Below the pieces are notes generated by a model. It was not told the origin of the DNA and made no database searches. It saw only the letters and a program-made list of their open reading frames with translations. From Rickettsiales bacterium (GTDB lineage Bacteria > Pseudomonadota > Alphaproteobacteria > Rickettsiales > UBA1997): a DNA stretch of 34,718 nt. The position numbers and the translations under genes were made by a program. The DNA lies in the NCBI GenBank assembly GCA_947487845.1, contig CANKYC010000002.1, positions 1 through 34,718 on the forward strand, given 5' to 3'. Every line of letters begins with the position of its first letter. The first letter of the stretch is position 1. Below, in pieces: positions 17,995 to 26,566 of the stretch.

Positions 17995-19911
17995 TTATCT
18001 CTTCTCCAAAATCTGTTTTTTCGCCGTTTCAATAAACTCTTCCACGCTCATAACTTTTTGCGATTCCTCGCCTAATTTACGCACTGAAACCGAGCCATTT
18101 TCGGCTTCTTTTTTTCCAATTGCTAAAATATATGGAACTTTTTTCAAAGAATGTTCGCGGATTTTATAATTGATTTTTTGCGCGTCAAAATCGCCTTCAA
18201 CCCTAAATCCCGCCGCTTTCAATTTTTCAAAAACTTGCGCGCCATAAGTGTCGGAATCATTAGTAATTGTAGCGATAACCATTTGAGTTGGTGCCAGCCA
18301 AAGTGGAAATTTTCCAGCATAATTTTCAATCAACATGCCGATAAATCTTTCAAAACTTCCAAGAATTGCGCGATGCAACATAACGGGACGTTTTTTGGTT
18401 CCGTCGCTTGCGATATAGCTGGCATCAAGCCTTTCTGGCAAAATGAAATCGGCTTGCAAAGTTCCGCATTGCCATTCGCGCTTGATTGCGTCAACTAAAG
18501 TAAACTCAAGTTTTGGCCCATAAAATGCACCTTCACCCGGATTAATTTCACATTCCAAACCGGCCGCTTTCACAGCTTCAAACAAAGCTGCTTCAGCCTT
18601 ATCCCAAGTTTCATCTGTTCCAGCGCGCACTAGCGGGCGGGTTGAAAATTTAACTTTCACATTTTCAAAACCAAAATCACTATAAACTTCTTTTAACAAT
18701 TCACAAAATGCCACAGTTTCAGAATTAACCTGACTTTCTTCGCAAAAAATATGGGCATCGTCTTGCGTAAAGGCGCGCACGCGCATGATTCCATGAAGCG
18801 AACCCGAAGATTCGTTGCGATGACAAGAGCCAAATTCGGCCATTCTAAGCGGCAATTGACGGTAAGATTTTAACTCTTGGTTAAAAATTTGAATATGCCC
18901 CGGACAATTCATTGGCTTCACCGCCAGAGTTCTTTCTTCGCTTTCAGCAATAAACATATTTTCGCGGAATTTTTCCCAATGCCCCGATTTTTCCCACAAA
19001 ACTTTATCAATTAATTGCGGAGTTTTTACTTCAACGTAATTATTTTTTTCGAGTTTAGCGCGAATATAATTTTCAATTTCGCGAAAAATTGTCCAACCTT
19101 TCGGGTGCCAAAACACTGATCCTACGGCTTCTTCTTGAATGTGAAATAAATCCATTTCGCGGCCGATTTTACGGTGATCTCTTTTTGCCGCTTCTTCCAA
19201 AACATGCAGATAATTTTTTAAACTTTCTTCACTTTCCCAAGCTGTTCCATAAATTCTTTGCAACATTTCATTTTTGGCATCGCCGCGCCAGTAAGCGCCA
19301 GCCAGTTTCATCAATTTAAAATGTTTGATGTGAGAAGTTGAAGGCGCGTGCGGCCCGCGACAAAGATCGATAAAATTACCTTGTCTGTACAAAGTAATAT
19401 CTTGATCTTGAGGAATTGAAGAAATGATTTCGGCTTTATATTTTTCGCCAATTGATTGAAAGAATTTCACCGCGTCGTCACGCTTCCAAACCTCGCGCAC
19501 CAAGACTTCGTCGCGTTTTACAATTTCGCGCATTTTATTTTCAATTTTTTCTAAATCATCCAAAGCGAAAGGATTTTTGCAGGCAAAATCATAATAAAAT
19601 CCATTTTCAATTGCTGGCCCGATTGTAACTTGCGTTTCGGGAAATAATTCTTTCACCGCTTCCGCCATTAAATGCGCCGCGTCATGACGAATAATATCCA
19701 AAGCATCCGCGCCACTTTTGGGCGTGATAATTTCAATTTTTGCATCAGTTTCAATTGCCCGCGATAAATCGCGCGCCTCACCATTTACCTTGATTGCCAA
19801 AGCAACTTTAGCCAAAGAAATTGAAATTGATTTGGCGATTTCAACACCAGAAATTCCACGAACAAATTCACGCGCAGCGCCGTCTGGAAAAGTGATTTTA
19901 ATTTGGGACAT
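17995..19911 (-). CDS. thrS: Threonyl-tRNA synthetase.
   Basis: 638-aa ORF with an N-terminal TGS domain ([11 protein letters not shown]), the editing-domain [11 protein letters not shown], class II core motifs (FRGPHAPST-like [44 protein letters not shown]) and an anticodon-binding tail. Confidence 0.96.
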   Translation of the reverse strand: MSQIKITFPDGAAREFVRGISGVEIAKSISISLAKVALAIKVNGEARDLSRAIETDAKIEIITPKSGADALDIIRHDAAHLMAEAVKELFPETQVTIGPAIENGFYYDFACKNPFALDDLEKIENKMREIVKRDEVLVREVWKRDDAVKFFQSIGEKYKAEIISSIPQDQDITLYRQGNFIDLCRGPHAPSTSHIKHFKLMKLAGAYWRGDAKNEMLQRIYGTAWESEESLKNYLHVLEEAAKRDHRKIGREMDLFHIQEEAVGSVFWHPKGWTIFREIENYIRAKLEKNNYVEVKTPQLIDKVLWEKSGHWEKFRENMFIAESEERTLAVKPMNCPGHIQIFNQELKSYRQLPLRMAEFGSCHRNESSGSLHGIMRVRAFTQDDAHIFCEESQVNSETVAFCELLKEVYSDFGFENVKVKFSTRPLVRAGTDETWDKAEAALFEAVKAAGLECEINPGEGAFYGPKLEFTLVDAIKREWQCGTLQADFILPERLDASYIASDGTKKRPVMLHRAILGSFERFIGMLIENYAGKFPLWLAPTQMVIATITNDSDTYGAQVFEKLKAAGFRVEGDFDAQKINYKIREHSLKKVPYILAIGKKEAENGSVSVRKLGEESQKVMSVEEFIETAKKQILEKR

Positions 19912-19957
19912 TGTTTAAAAAATTTGAATCAGATTGCTATAAAATGCATCTTCAAAG

Positions 19958-21484
19958 CTACTTACACCAGTGCAAGGAAAAATTTCCTTTATCCATATAT
20001 TTCTGGTCGCATTGGTCTAAAATTTCTTTTGGTATCACCCCAACATTGCTAAATGGATATTCGGGGCGCATTACCACCACTTGATTGCCATTAACAAAAT
20101 AGCTCACCAACATTGCAGCTGAATTATTTTGTTTTGGCATATCGAGACATTCTTTAAAATGCCTGCTTCCCGGCAATAAATATTCCAATTCAAAATTGCT
20201 ACCACAAGCAAAGAGAGTTACTCCTCGAGCTTCGAGCGCTTTAACTTCTTCTACAATTTCTAGCTGCTCTTTTAATTTGTCAGTTTTTTCAAAGTTAAAA
20301 TTAAAATCATAATTAATCATAACCAATCTTCCGATTACCAAAAAGAAAATCAGGAAAGATGTAATTGCCGAATGCAATTGGTTTTTATAATCAATATTTG
20401 CCACCATCGCAGCGAGACAGACGCAAAAATAAAGAAGACCAGTCATAAAATGGCGATAAGAACCAACCGCGGAAAAATTTATCCACCAAATCAGATGAAT
20501 AACAAAACATCCAAATAAAGTAACCGCTATTAAGCTAGAAGTTGAATGGCGCTTTAAAGAAAAACAGGAGATTAGAATTATTGATAAAAGAGGGTAAAAA
20601 CAGCTCACACCAAAAATTGCATTTAAACTGGAAAAACGTTGCCAAGGATTATTTTCAACTGCGCCTATTATTTTATAAAATGCAGCACTATCAACTTGGA
20701 ATTCTTTATATTCTCGCCAACCCAAACTTAAGATTTTTACTATCTCAAACATAAAAATTGGCGCGATAACTGCGGCAGCCGCAAATGTTAAAAGCTTTAT
20801 TTTTTTAGAAATAATTATTTTTTTATCACAAATAGTTCGCAGCGCAAAAATTAAAGATACTGTTGCAACCGCGAGAGCTGTGATGGTTTTTGCCATTATA
20901 GCTAAACCAAGAAATAATCCGCCTGCTAAGATTTTTTTCCAATTTGTGGTTGCTGGTAATAATAAAAATATTCCAGATATAACGCAAAGCGCTGCCGGAA
21001 CCTCGCCCATTAACAAATGCCACAAAGCTATGTTATCATTGGTCTCAATCCCAAAAGACTCTTCATTGCCAGTAGAAAATAACAGACAAAAAAACAAGGC
21101 TAAAAAACAAAATAGCCATTTTTTTTCTTTCTCAAAAATAGTATCAGCGGCAATAAAAATTATGAAAATTAAACTCCAGATCAAAAAAACATTAGCTAAA
21201 CTTATAGCCCAATAAGTATTTCCAAAAAGAAAAATTGCAGCCGCAGCTGGGAGCACTACTGTTGGACCCGCAGTTGCGATTAAGTAACTAAAAGGATATA
21301 ATTTATCAAACATAGCGGCGCTATATCCTTCACTATTAAGCATGTTTTTTGCCAATTGCGCAAAGCCAGCATCATCTCGCCAAACTGGATAGAAAAAAAC
21401 GCTGTAAATTTGCAAAAACAATAAAATTAGAGCTAGTCCGAGAGCTAAAGTTTTTGGATAGCTCAATTTAAAAAATATTTTCAA
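19958..21484 (-). CDS. ArnT/PMT-like GT-C membrane glycosyltransferase, paralogue 2.
   Basis: 508-aa ORF with an apparent TTG start. The first-loop motif is VWRDDAGFAQLAKNMLNSEGY, and there are multiple TM helices. It is clearly paralogous to 21498..22985 along its full length, including the C-terminal ACGSNFELEYLLPGSRHFKEC. Confidence 0.65.
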   Translation of the reverse strand: MKIFFKLSYPKTLALGLALILLFLQIYSVFFYPVWRDDAGFAQLAKNMLNSEGYSAAMFDKLYPFSYLIATAGPTVVLPAAAAIFLFGNTYWAISLANVFLIWSLIFIIFIAADTIFEKEKKWLFCFLALFFCLLFSTGNEESFGIETNDNIALWHLLMGEVPAALCVISGIFLLLPATTNWKKILAGGLFLGLAIMAKTITALAVATVSLIFALRTICDKKIIISKKIKLLTFAAAAVIAPIFMFEIVKILSLGWREYKEFQVDSAAFYKIIGAVENNPWQRFSSLNAIFGVSCFYPLLSIILISCFSLKRHSTSSLIAVTLFGCFVIHLIWWINFSAVGSYRHFMTGLLYFCVCLAAMVANIDYKNQLHSAITSFLIFFLVIGRLVMINYDFNFNFEKTDKLKEQLEIVEEVKALEARGVTLFACGSNFELEYLLPGSRHFKECLDMPKQNNSAAMLVSYFVNGNQVVVMRPEYPFSNVGVIPKEILDQCDQKYMDKGNFSLHWCK

Positions 21485-21497
21485 TGTGATTCTTATA

Positions 21498-22985
21498 TTA
21501 CTCGCACTTAAAAATTGAGAAGTTTGCGGTTGTCAAATATTCTTCCTTGCAGCGCCCCAATATCTGATTTGGAAGATTGATAAATTTTCCCATATATTGA
21601 TTATGCTTGATAAAAAGCACCTTTTGCGGCTCCACAAAGAAATTGACCAGCATTACTTTTTGAGGGACGTAATTTTCAAAGAAGTGCCCGCATTCCTCAA
21701 AGTTGCGAGATTTTGGCAACAAATATTCGAGCTCAAAATTATTACCGCACGAAATCATTTTAAAATCCTGCTTCTGAAGAGTTTTTATCTCTTCAACCAC
21801 CATTTTCTGCTCTTGTAGGCTTGGATTATCATTAAGCATTATTGTAATTTCACTCGGATAAGAAACCAGTAAAGAGATGATAAAAGCAGAAACAAAAAAC
21901 ATCTGAAATTGTTTTTTATACTCAAGCTTACAAATCAACAAAAAAATTCCCGCGAAGTAACAAAAACAACCTATTGATAAATGCCTAAAAGCGTATGGAA
22001 TTGCATAATTTATCCACCAAGTTACTTGTAAAAAAGAGGCGAGAAGCAGCGCCATTCCCGCTAAAAAATAAGGAGAATTAAGATTCTTTTTACCAGAGGA
22101 ATAAATTATATAAATCGTAGTTGGCAAGATTGTAAGCGCAGCTAATCCAAAATATCCTACTAAACTTGGCAATGAAGAGAGAAATGGCTTTTCAAAAAAA
22201 GCATTTGTGCGGTAAAAATTTAAATTTTGTTGATGCAATTCTAAATAATCTTTCCAACCCAACGCAATAATCTTGATTGACTCAAAAAGAAAATAAGGCG
22301 CAACAAAACACAAAACCGGAATTGCAATCCACATAATCGGTTTTCTGTCAAAGAGTATCCTCGCCGTCACCATTATTAAAATCGCTGACGCAGAAATGGC
22401 GGAAAGGGTTTTAATAATCAACGCCAGCCCAAGCATTATACCGCCACTTACTAATCTGGATTTATCAAGATTTTTGAAAGAAAAAATTAAAGCTGCTAAA
22501 ATAACAAGAAGTGTGGTCGGAATTTCACCCATTAACCTCATCCACAAATATAATTTTACACCCCCATCGCCACGGGAAAAAAATAACATCATGAATAATG
22601 TTAAAAAGCAAAATGCCCATTTTCTTTTTTCACCAACGACTTCTTTGGAAGCGATAAAAATTGCAAAAAGTAAAACCCAAATCAGTAAAACTGCGGTCAA
22701 TCCGGGAACCCAGTAATAATTTCCAAAAATAAAAATCATTACAGCCGCAGGCACTATTAACGCCGGACCCGAGGAAATGCCATAATGAAATTTATAATCT
22801 TGATCAAAAAAAACCGCGCTAAATCCATTGCCATTCGCCAAATTTTTTGCAACGCTGGCAAAAAATGCATCGTCTCGCCAGACCGAAAAATTGAAAACAC
22901 CATATATCTGATATAAAAACAAAGAAGCCGCCAAAACAATCAACGCATATTTAAAAAAATTATTTGGTCGAAAATCGCAATTCAT
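21498..22985 (-). CDS. ArnT/PMT-like GT-C membrane glycosyltransferase, paralogue 1.
   Basis: 495-aa ORF with the first-loop motif VWRDDAFFASVAKNLANGNGF and multiple TM helices. The C-terminal region reads SCGNNFELEYLLPKSRNFEEC. The start overlaps the stop of the upstream methyltransferase (ATGA). Confidence 0.65.
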   Translation of the reverse strand: MNCDFRPNNFFKYALIVLAASLFLYQIYGVFNFSVWRDDAFFASVAKNLANGNGFSAVFFDQDYKFHYGISSGPALIVPAAVMIFIFGNYYWVPGLTAVLLIWVLLFAIFIASKEVVGEKRKWAFCFLTLFMMLFFSRGDGGVKLYLWMRLMGEIPTTLLVILAALIFSFKNLDKSRLVSGGIMLGLALIIKTLSAISASAILIMVTARILFDRKPIMWIAIPVLCFVAPYFLFESIKIIALGWKDYLELHQQNLNFYRTNAFFEKPFLSSLPSLVGYFGLAALTILPTTIYIIYSSGKKNLNSPYFLAGMALLLASFLQVTWWINYAIPYAFRHLSIGCFCYFAGIFLLICKLEYKKQFQMFFVSAFIISLLVSYPSEITIMLNDNPSLQEQKMVVEEIKTLQKQDFKMISCGNNFELEYLLPKSRNFEECGHFFENYVPQKVMLVNFFVEPQKVLFIKHNQYMGKFINLPNQILGRCKEEYLTTANFSIFKCE

Positions 22986-23689
22986 TTAGATTCAACCTCG
23001 ACGGAAAACATATATTGAGCGCAAGCGATAGCTCTAAAAAAAGGAATTGTTTCAACTGTTTTTTCAAAAAATTTCAAAAAATTTGCCGCTTTATCTGGAC
23101 AAAAAAACGGCACTAATCCCACAAATTCATCAAAAACTATTGTGCCGTCATATTTTTCAAAAATCCGGCGCAGACTTGCCGGATTAAATGATTGTTCGCC
23201 ATGTTCGATGTGATAGCGCGAAGTTTTTTCAATAATTTTTAAAATCGGACTATAACCATTTGGCTCCATCACCAAAATTTTTTTTGCTAATTTACAGGCA
23301 ATTTCAATGCCTTTTTCCAGGTCAGGAAGATGATGTAAAACACCGCGCAAAACCGCTATGTCATATGGCTCTTGCGGAATTTCCATTTGATATAAATCTA
23401 CACATTCGAAACGTAAATTTTTAACTTCTTTATATTTTTTGGCCGCTGCTTTAACCGCATTTTCTACTGGATCAATTGCCACAACCAAAGCAGGTTTTTG
23501 CTGCGCCAACTCATAACTATAAGTTCCATCACCACAACCAATATCAATTATTTTTTTCCCAGTAAAAATATCCATCGCCAAAATTGATTTGCTGATACGG
23601 GCATTGGACATGCGACCAGAAAGGGCTTGGGTTGTATAAGCATAACCACCAAATTCATTAACATCTTGCGAAAAAGCTTTATTAGTCAT
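22982..23689 (-). CDS. Class I SAM-dependent methyltransferase.
   Basis: The ORF 22982..23734 is probably over-extended. The ATG at 23689 (MTNKAFSQD...) lies 1 nt after the upstream stop at 23691-23693. Motif I is IIDIGCGDGTYSYELA, and VLHHLPD is the post-motif II region. Confidence 0.8.
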   Translation of the reverse strand: MTNKAFSQDVNEFGGYAYTTQALSGRMSNARISKSILAMDIFTGKKIIDIGCGDGTYSYELAQQKPALVVAIDPVENAVKAAAKKYKEVKNLRFECVDLYQMEIPQEPYDIAVLRGVLHHLPDLEKGIEIACKLAKKILVMEPNGYSPILKIIEKTSRYHIEHGEQSFNPASLRRIFEKYDGTIVFDEFVGLVPFFCPDKAANFLKFFEKTVETIPFFRAIACAQYMFSVEVESK

Positions 23690-23690
23690 T

Positions 23691-25670
23691 CTATTTTCCA
23701 AAAATATTTTTAGAGACATCAATAGCCACAACATTGCCGCGCCTAATCAAACTCTTGCGAATAAAATGCGGACGACTTTTTACTTCTTCAAAAATCTTGG
23801 CAATATATTCGCCAATAATACTGATCGCAAAAAGATTTAATGAACCAAAAAATGTTACCAAAACTATTGTAGTTGTGACGCCACGTGGCGCAGATTCGGG
23901 GAAGAAATATTTAAGTAAGATTTGCGCAACCATTACGAATCCCGAAACAAATAACATCACCCAACCAAAAGCGCTAAGGATGTTGAGTGGGACGTAGCTG
24001 AATGAAAAAATCCCTTTTTTCGCCCAACCTAAATTCTTAAAAATGCTATTTGTGGTGCGACCAAATTTTCTTTCGGGGCGAATATAATCAACGCCAGTTT
24101 GTTTGAAGCCAGCATAAGCGCGAAGCCCGCGCAAAAATAAATCGCGCTCTTGAAAACGCAGTAAAACTTCAACAACTTTTTTATCCATCAACGCAAAATC
24201 TCCGGCATCATGTGGAATTTTTATATAGGAAAAAGCGGCAAAAAGACGGTAGAAAATTTTGTAAAAAACTCGCATGTAAAAAGGCGCGTCGCGACTTACG
24301 CGACGACCGTATACAACTTCATATCCCTCGCGCCATTTTTGCACAAATTGTTCAATCATTTCTGGCGGATCTTGCAAATCACCATCCATCAAAACACAAC
24401 CATTTTTAGTTGCTAAATCAAGACCACTTTTAAAAGCAGCTTGTGATCCAAAATTTCTGGAATGAGTAATTCCAATCACATGTTCATCATGTTCGGAAAT
24501 TTTTTGAATCACTTCTTCGCTATCATCGGGAGAACCGTCATTTACAAAAATAATTTCGTAGTCGAGCTTTAATTTTTGCATCACTTTTGTAATGCGCTCA
24601 TACATTTCAGGAATTGCTTGCGCGTCTTTATAACAAGCAATTATCACTGAAACTGAATGAACGTCATCAAGCTCATCGCGCTTACGCTTGGTTGCGCGCT
24701 TATCCAAATAAACTTCGAGGTTTTCTTTGACCCAAATAGTGGTTTTAAGCAAACCTTCTTCAAAATAAGTTTTGGCGTTCCAGCCTAAAATTTGCGCCGC
24801 TTTATTTGAATTTGAATACCAATTAGTTACGTCCCATTTATGCGCGGGATAATTAAATTTAGGCTCGCCTTTAATTTCATAAATTTTCTGCGAAATTTCG
24901 GCAATATCGCCAATCGTGGTTTTGGTTCCCGTTCCAATGTTAAAAGATTCGCCGTAAAAATTTTGTGGCAGCGCAAAAGCAGCATCAATAAAGGCTTCGC
25001 AAGCATCATCAATATATATGAAATCGCGTGAAATATCGGGATTGGTTAAAGTTGTAAATTCTTTTTGCAAACCTTTTAAAATAACTTGCGGAATCAAACG
25101 CGATGAATCTTCAAAAGGCCCGTAAACCGAATAAAGACGCAAGTTGGCAATTTTCATGCCCTTTTTTTTGCCATAAAAATGAATCAGATTAGAAATCGCC
25201 GCTTTAGTAACCGCATAATGACTATTGGCATTTAAAGTCGCGTCTTCTTTGGGCGCAGCCGATTCGTCGCCATATTCGGAAGAACTTCCAGCATTAATAA
25301 AACAATCAATTTGACGCTGAAAACAGGCTTCAATTAAACGTTGGGTAAAAATTACATTAGTTTCGTAAATGCGCTCTTCATCATTTTGAAAATCGTAAGC
25401 GCCGTAAGAAATGCAGTTAAAAATAGTTTGGGCTTTGGTCTGATTTAAGGCTAAATCAAGCTTGTCTTTCACCAGCAAATCTCCAGCAATTATATGCTTG
25501 GAATCAATGTCTTCAAGCCGCCAATTTGGCAATTTAGAACTGGTTGCAAAAACATCATTGCGATATTGCAACAACATACGCAGCAAATTTGCGCCGATAA
25601 AACCACTGGCTCCAAGTACGAGAATTGGCCCTTTAAGAGTAACAATTTTTTGAGCGAGAGTTTGAGTCAT
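23691..25670 (-). CDS. Fusion protein: an N-terminal extended-SDR NAD-dependent sugar epimerase/dehydratase and a C-terminal GT2 polyprenyl-phosphate glycosyltransferase with TM anchors.
   Basis: 659-aa ORF. Residues about 1-320 carry VLGASGFIGANLL (GxxGxxG) and YAVTKAA (YxxxK). Residues about 335-659 carry VSVIIACYKD...YEIIFVNDGSPDDS...SRNFGSQAAFKSGLD...LMDGDLQDPPE plus two C-terminal TM helices, as in ArnC/GtrB. Confidence 0.8.
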   Translation of the reverse strand: MTQTLAQKIVTLKGPILVLGASGFIGANLLRMLLQYRNDVFATSSKLPNWRLEDIDSKHIIAGDLLVKDKLDLALNQTKAQTIFNCISYGAYDFQNDEERIYETNVIFTQRLIEACFQRQIDCFINAGSSSEYGDESAAPKEDATLNANSHYAVTKAAISNLIHFYGKKKGMKIANLRLYSVYGPFEDSSRLIPQVILKGLQKEFTTLTNPDISRDFIYIDDACEAFIDAAFALPQNFYGESFNIGTGTKTTIGDIAEISQKIYEIKGEPKFNYPAHKWDVTNWYSNSNKAAQILGWNAKTYFEEGLLKTTIWVKENLEVYLDKRATKRKRDELDDVHSVSVIIACYKDAQAIPEMYERITKVMQKLKLDYEIIFVNDGSPDDSEEVIQKISEHDEHVIGITHSRNFGSQAAFKSGLDLATKNGCVLMDGDLQDPPEMIEQFVQKWREGYEVVYGRRVSRDAPFYMRVFYKIFYRLFAAFSYIKIPHDAGDFALMDKKVVEVLLRFQERDLFLRGLRAYAGFKQTGVDYIRPERKFGRTTNSIFKNLGWAKKGIFSFSYVPLNILSAFGWVMLFVSGFVMVAQILLKYFFPESAPRGVTTTIVLVTFFGSLNLFAISIIGEYIAKIFEEVKSRPHFIRKSLIRRGNVVAIDVSKNIFGK

Positions 25671-25672
25671 TT

Positions 25673-26566
25673 TTAATTCAATTTGAAGGCGCTAATTACA
25701 GTTTCTTTGGTTAATTGTGATTCTTGGCGATGAAAATTTTGCGAGCCGTAAAATCCAGAAACATAACCTTGAGCGTGAAGATGTAAAAAAGATTTTAACG
25801 CAATATTTTTTGCAAGAATTTTGGCGGCAATCATTTGCCCAATTCCGCCTTGCGCCACATGTTCTTCTAATACGCAAAGTTTTTTGTTTGATATTTCTTG
25901 CGCTAATTCTTGAGGAAAATCATCGAACAAAGGAAGTTCGCCAAGCACCCAAATTGTTGGGCGCGCGTCCGCTTCTTCGCTTTGAAAATCATAAAGCAAA
26001 TTGCTCGCAATCGAGCCAGTTACAATCAAAACTCCCAAATCGCCATCAAGAACTTTGCGCCATTTTGCGTAAGAAATTTCTGCTGTTTTTTGCGCCAAAC
26101 CCAGACGTAAAAAAGCTGGTTTATTTAAATCAGAAATTCGTGAAATCATCGCGCCAATATCAAAATCAAATGCCGGAATAAAAGCGTGCATATTTTGTAA
26201 GCACAAAAGCGAACCATAATCTTCAATCGCATGATGAGTTGCGCCCATAACGCCGTAGCCATAACCGCCACCATTTCCAATCAAAGTTACCGGTAAATTA
26301 TGCAGACAAATATCGTTGCGGATTTGTTCAAAAGGCCGCGCATAAATAAAAGGTGAAATGCTGTAACAAAAAACCGACAAACCAGTTTTAGCAATTCCAG
26401 CCGCTGTTGAAACCATGTTTTGTTCGGCAATTCCGGCATTTATAAAATGATCTTTCATAACTTCGCGCAGCGGTTCGAGCGCTTTAAAACCCAAATCTCC
26501 AGTTAAAAAAACAAAAGGTTTTTTGGCGAAAGCCTTAATCATTTCAGCGCAAAAAATTTCTCTCAT
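25673..26566 (-). CDS. Split transketolase, C-terminal (pyrimidine-binding) subunit.
   Basis: 297-aa ORF with INAGIAEQNMVSTAAGIAKTG and GATHHAIEDYGSLLCLQNM. The start overlaps the stop of the N-subunit gene (ATGA). Confidence 0.8.
   Translation of the reverse strand: MREIFCAEMIKAFAKKPFVFLTGDLGFKALEPLREVMKDHFINAGIAEQNMVSTAAGIAKTGLSVFCYSISPFIYARPFEQIRNDICLHNLPVTLIGNGGGYGYGVMGATHHAIEDYGSLLCLQNMHAFIPAFDFDIGAMISRISDLNKPAFLRLGLAQKTAEISYAKWRKVLDGDLGVLIVTGSIASNLLYDFQSEEADARPTIWVLGELPLFDDFPQELAQEISNKKLCVLEEHVAQGGIGQMIAAKILAKNIALKSFLHLHAQGYVSGFYGSQNFHRQESQLTKETVISAFKLN

Noticed and set aside
19912-19957. A sigma-70-type promoter or T-box/attenuator leader upstream of thrS, and promoters in 4940-4977 and 27436-27614.
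   Set aside because: In such AT-rich DNA, TTGACA/TATAAT-like hexamers occur by chance, and I could not find a pair with convincing spacing. The 46-nt thrS spacer is too short for a leader structure. I have therefore not reported these as features.
25717-26181. Antisense or shadow ORFs inside real genes. Examples: 25717..26181, 3678..3986, 18151..18498, 20880..21215, 22396..22716, 13016..13261 and 29379..29669.
   Set aside because: All lie wholly within, and opposite to or out of frame with, strongly supported genes. They have low-complexity or unrecognisable translations, and no independent start or RBS context was noted.
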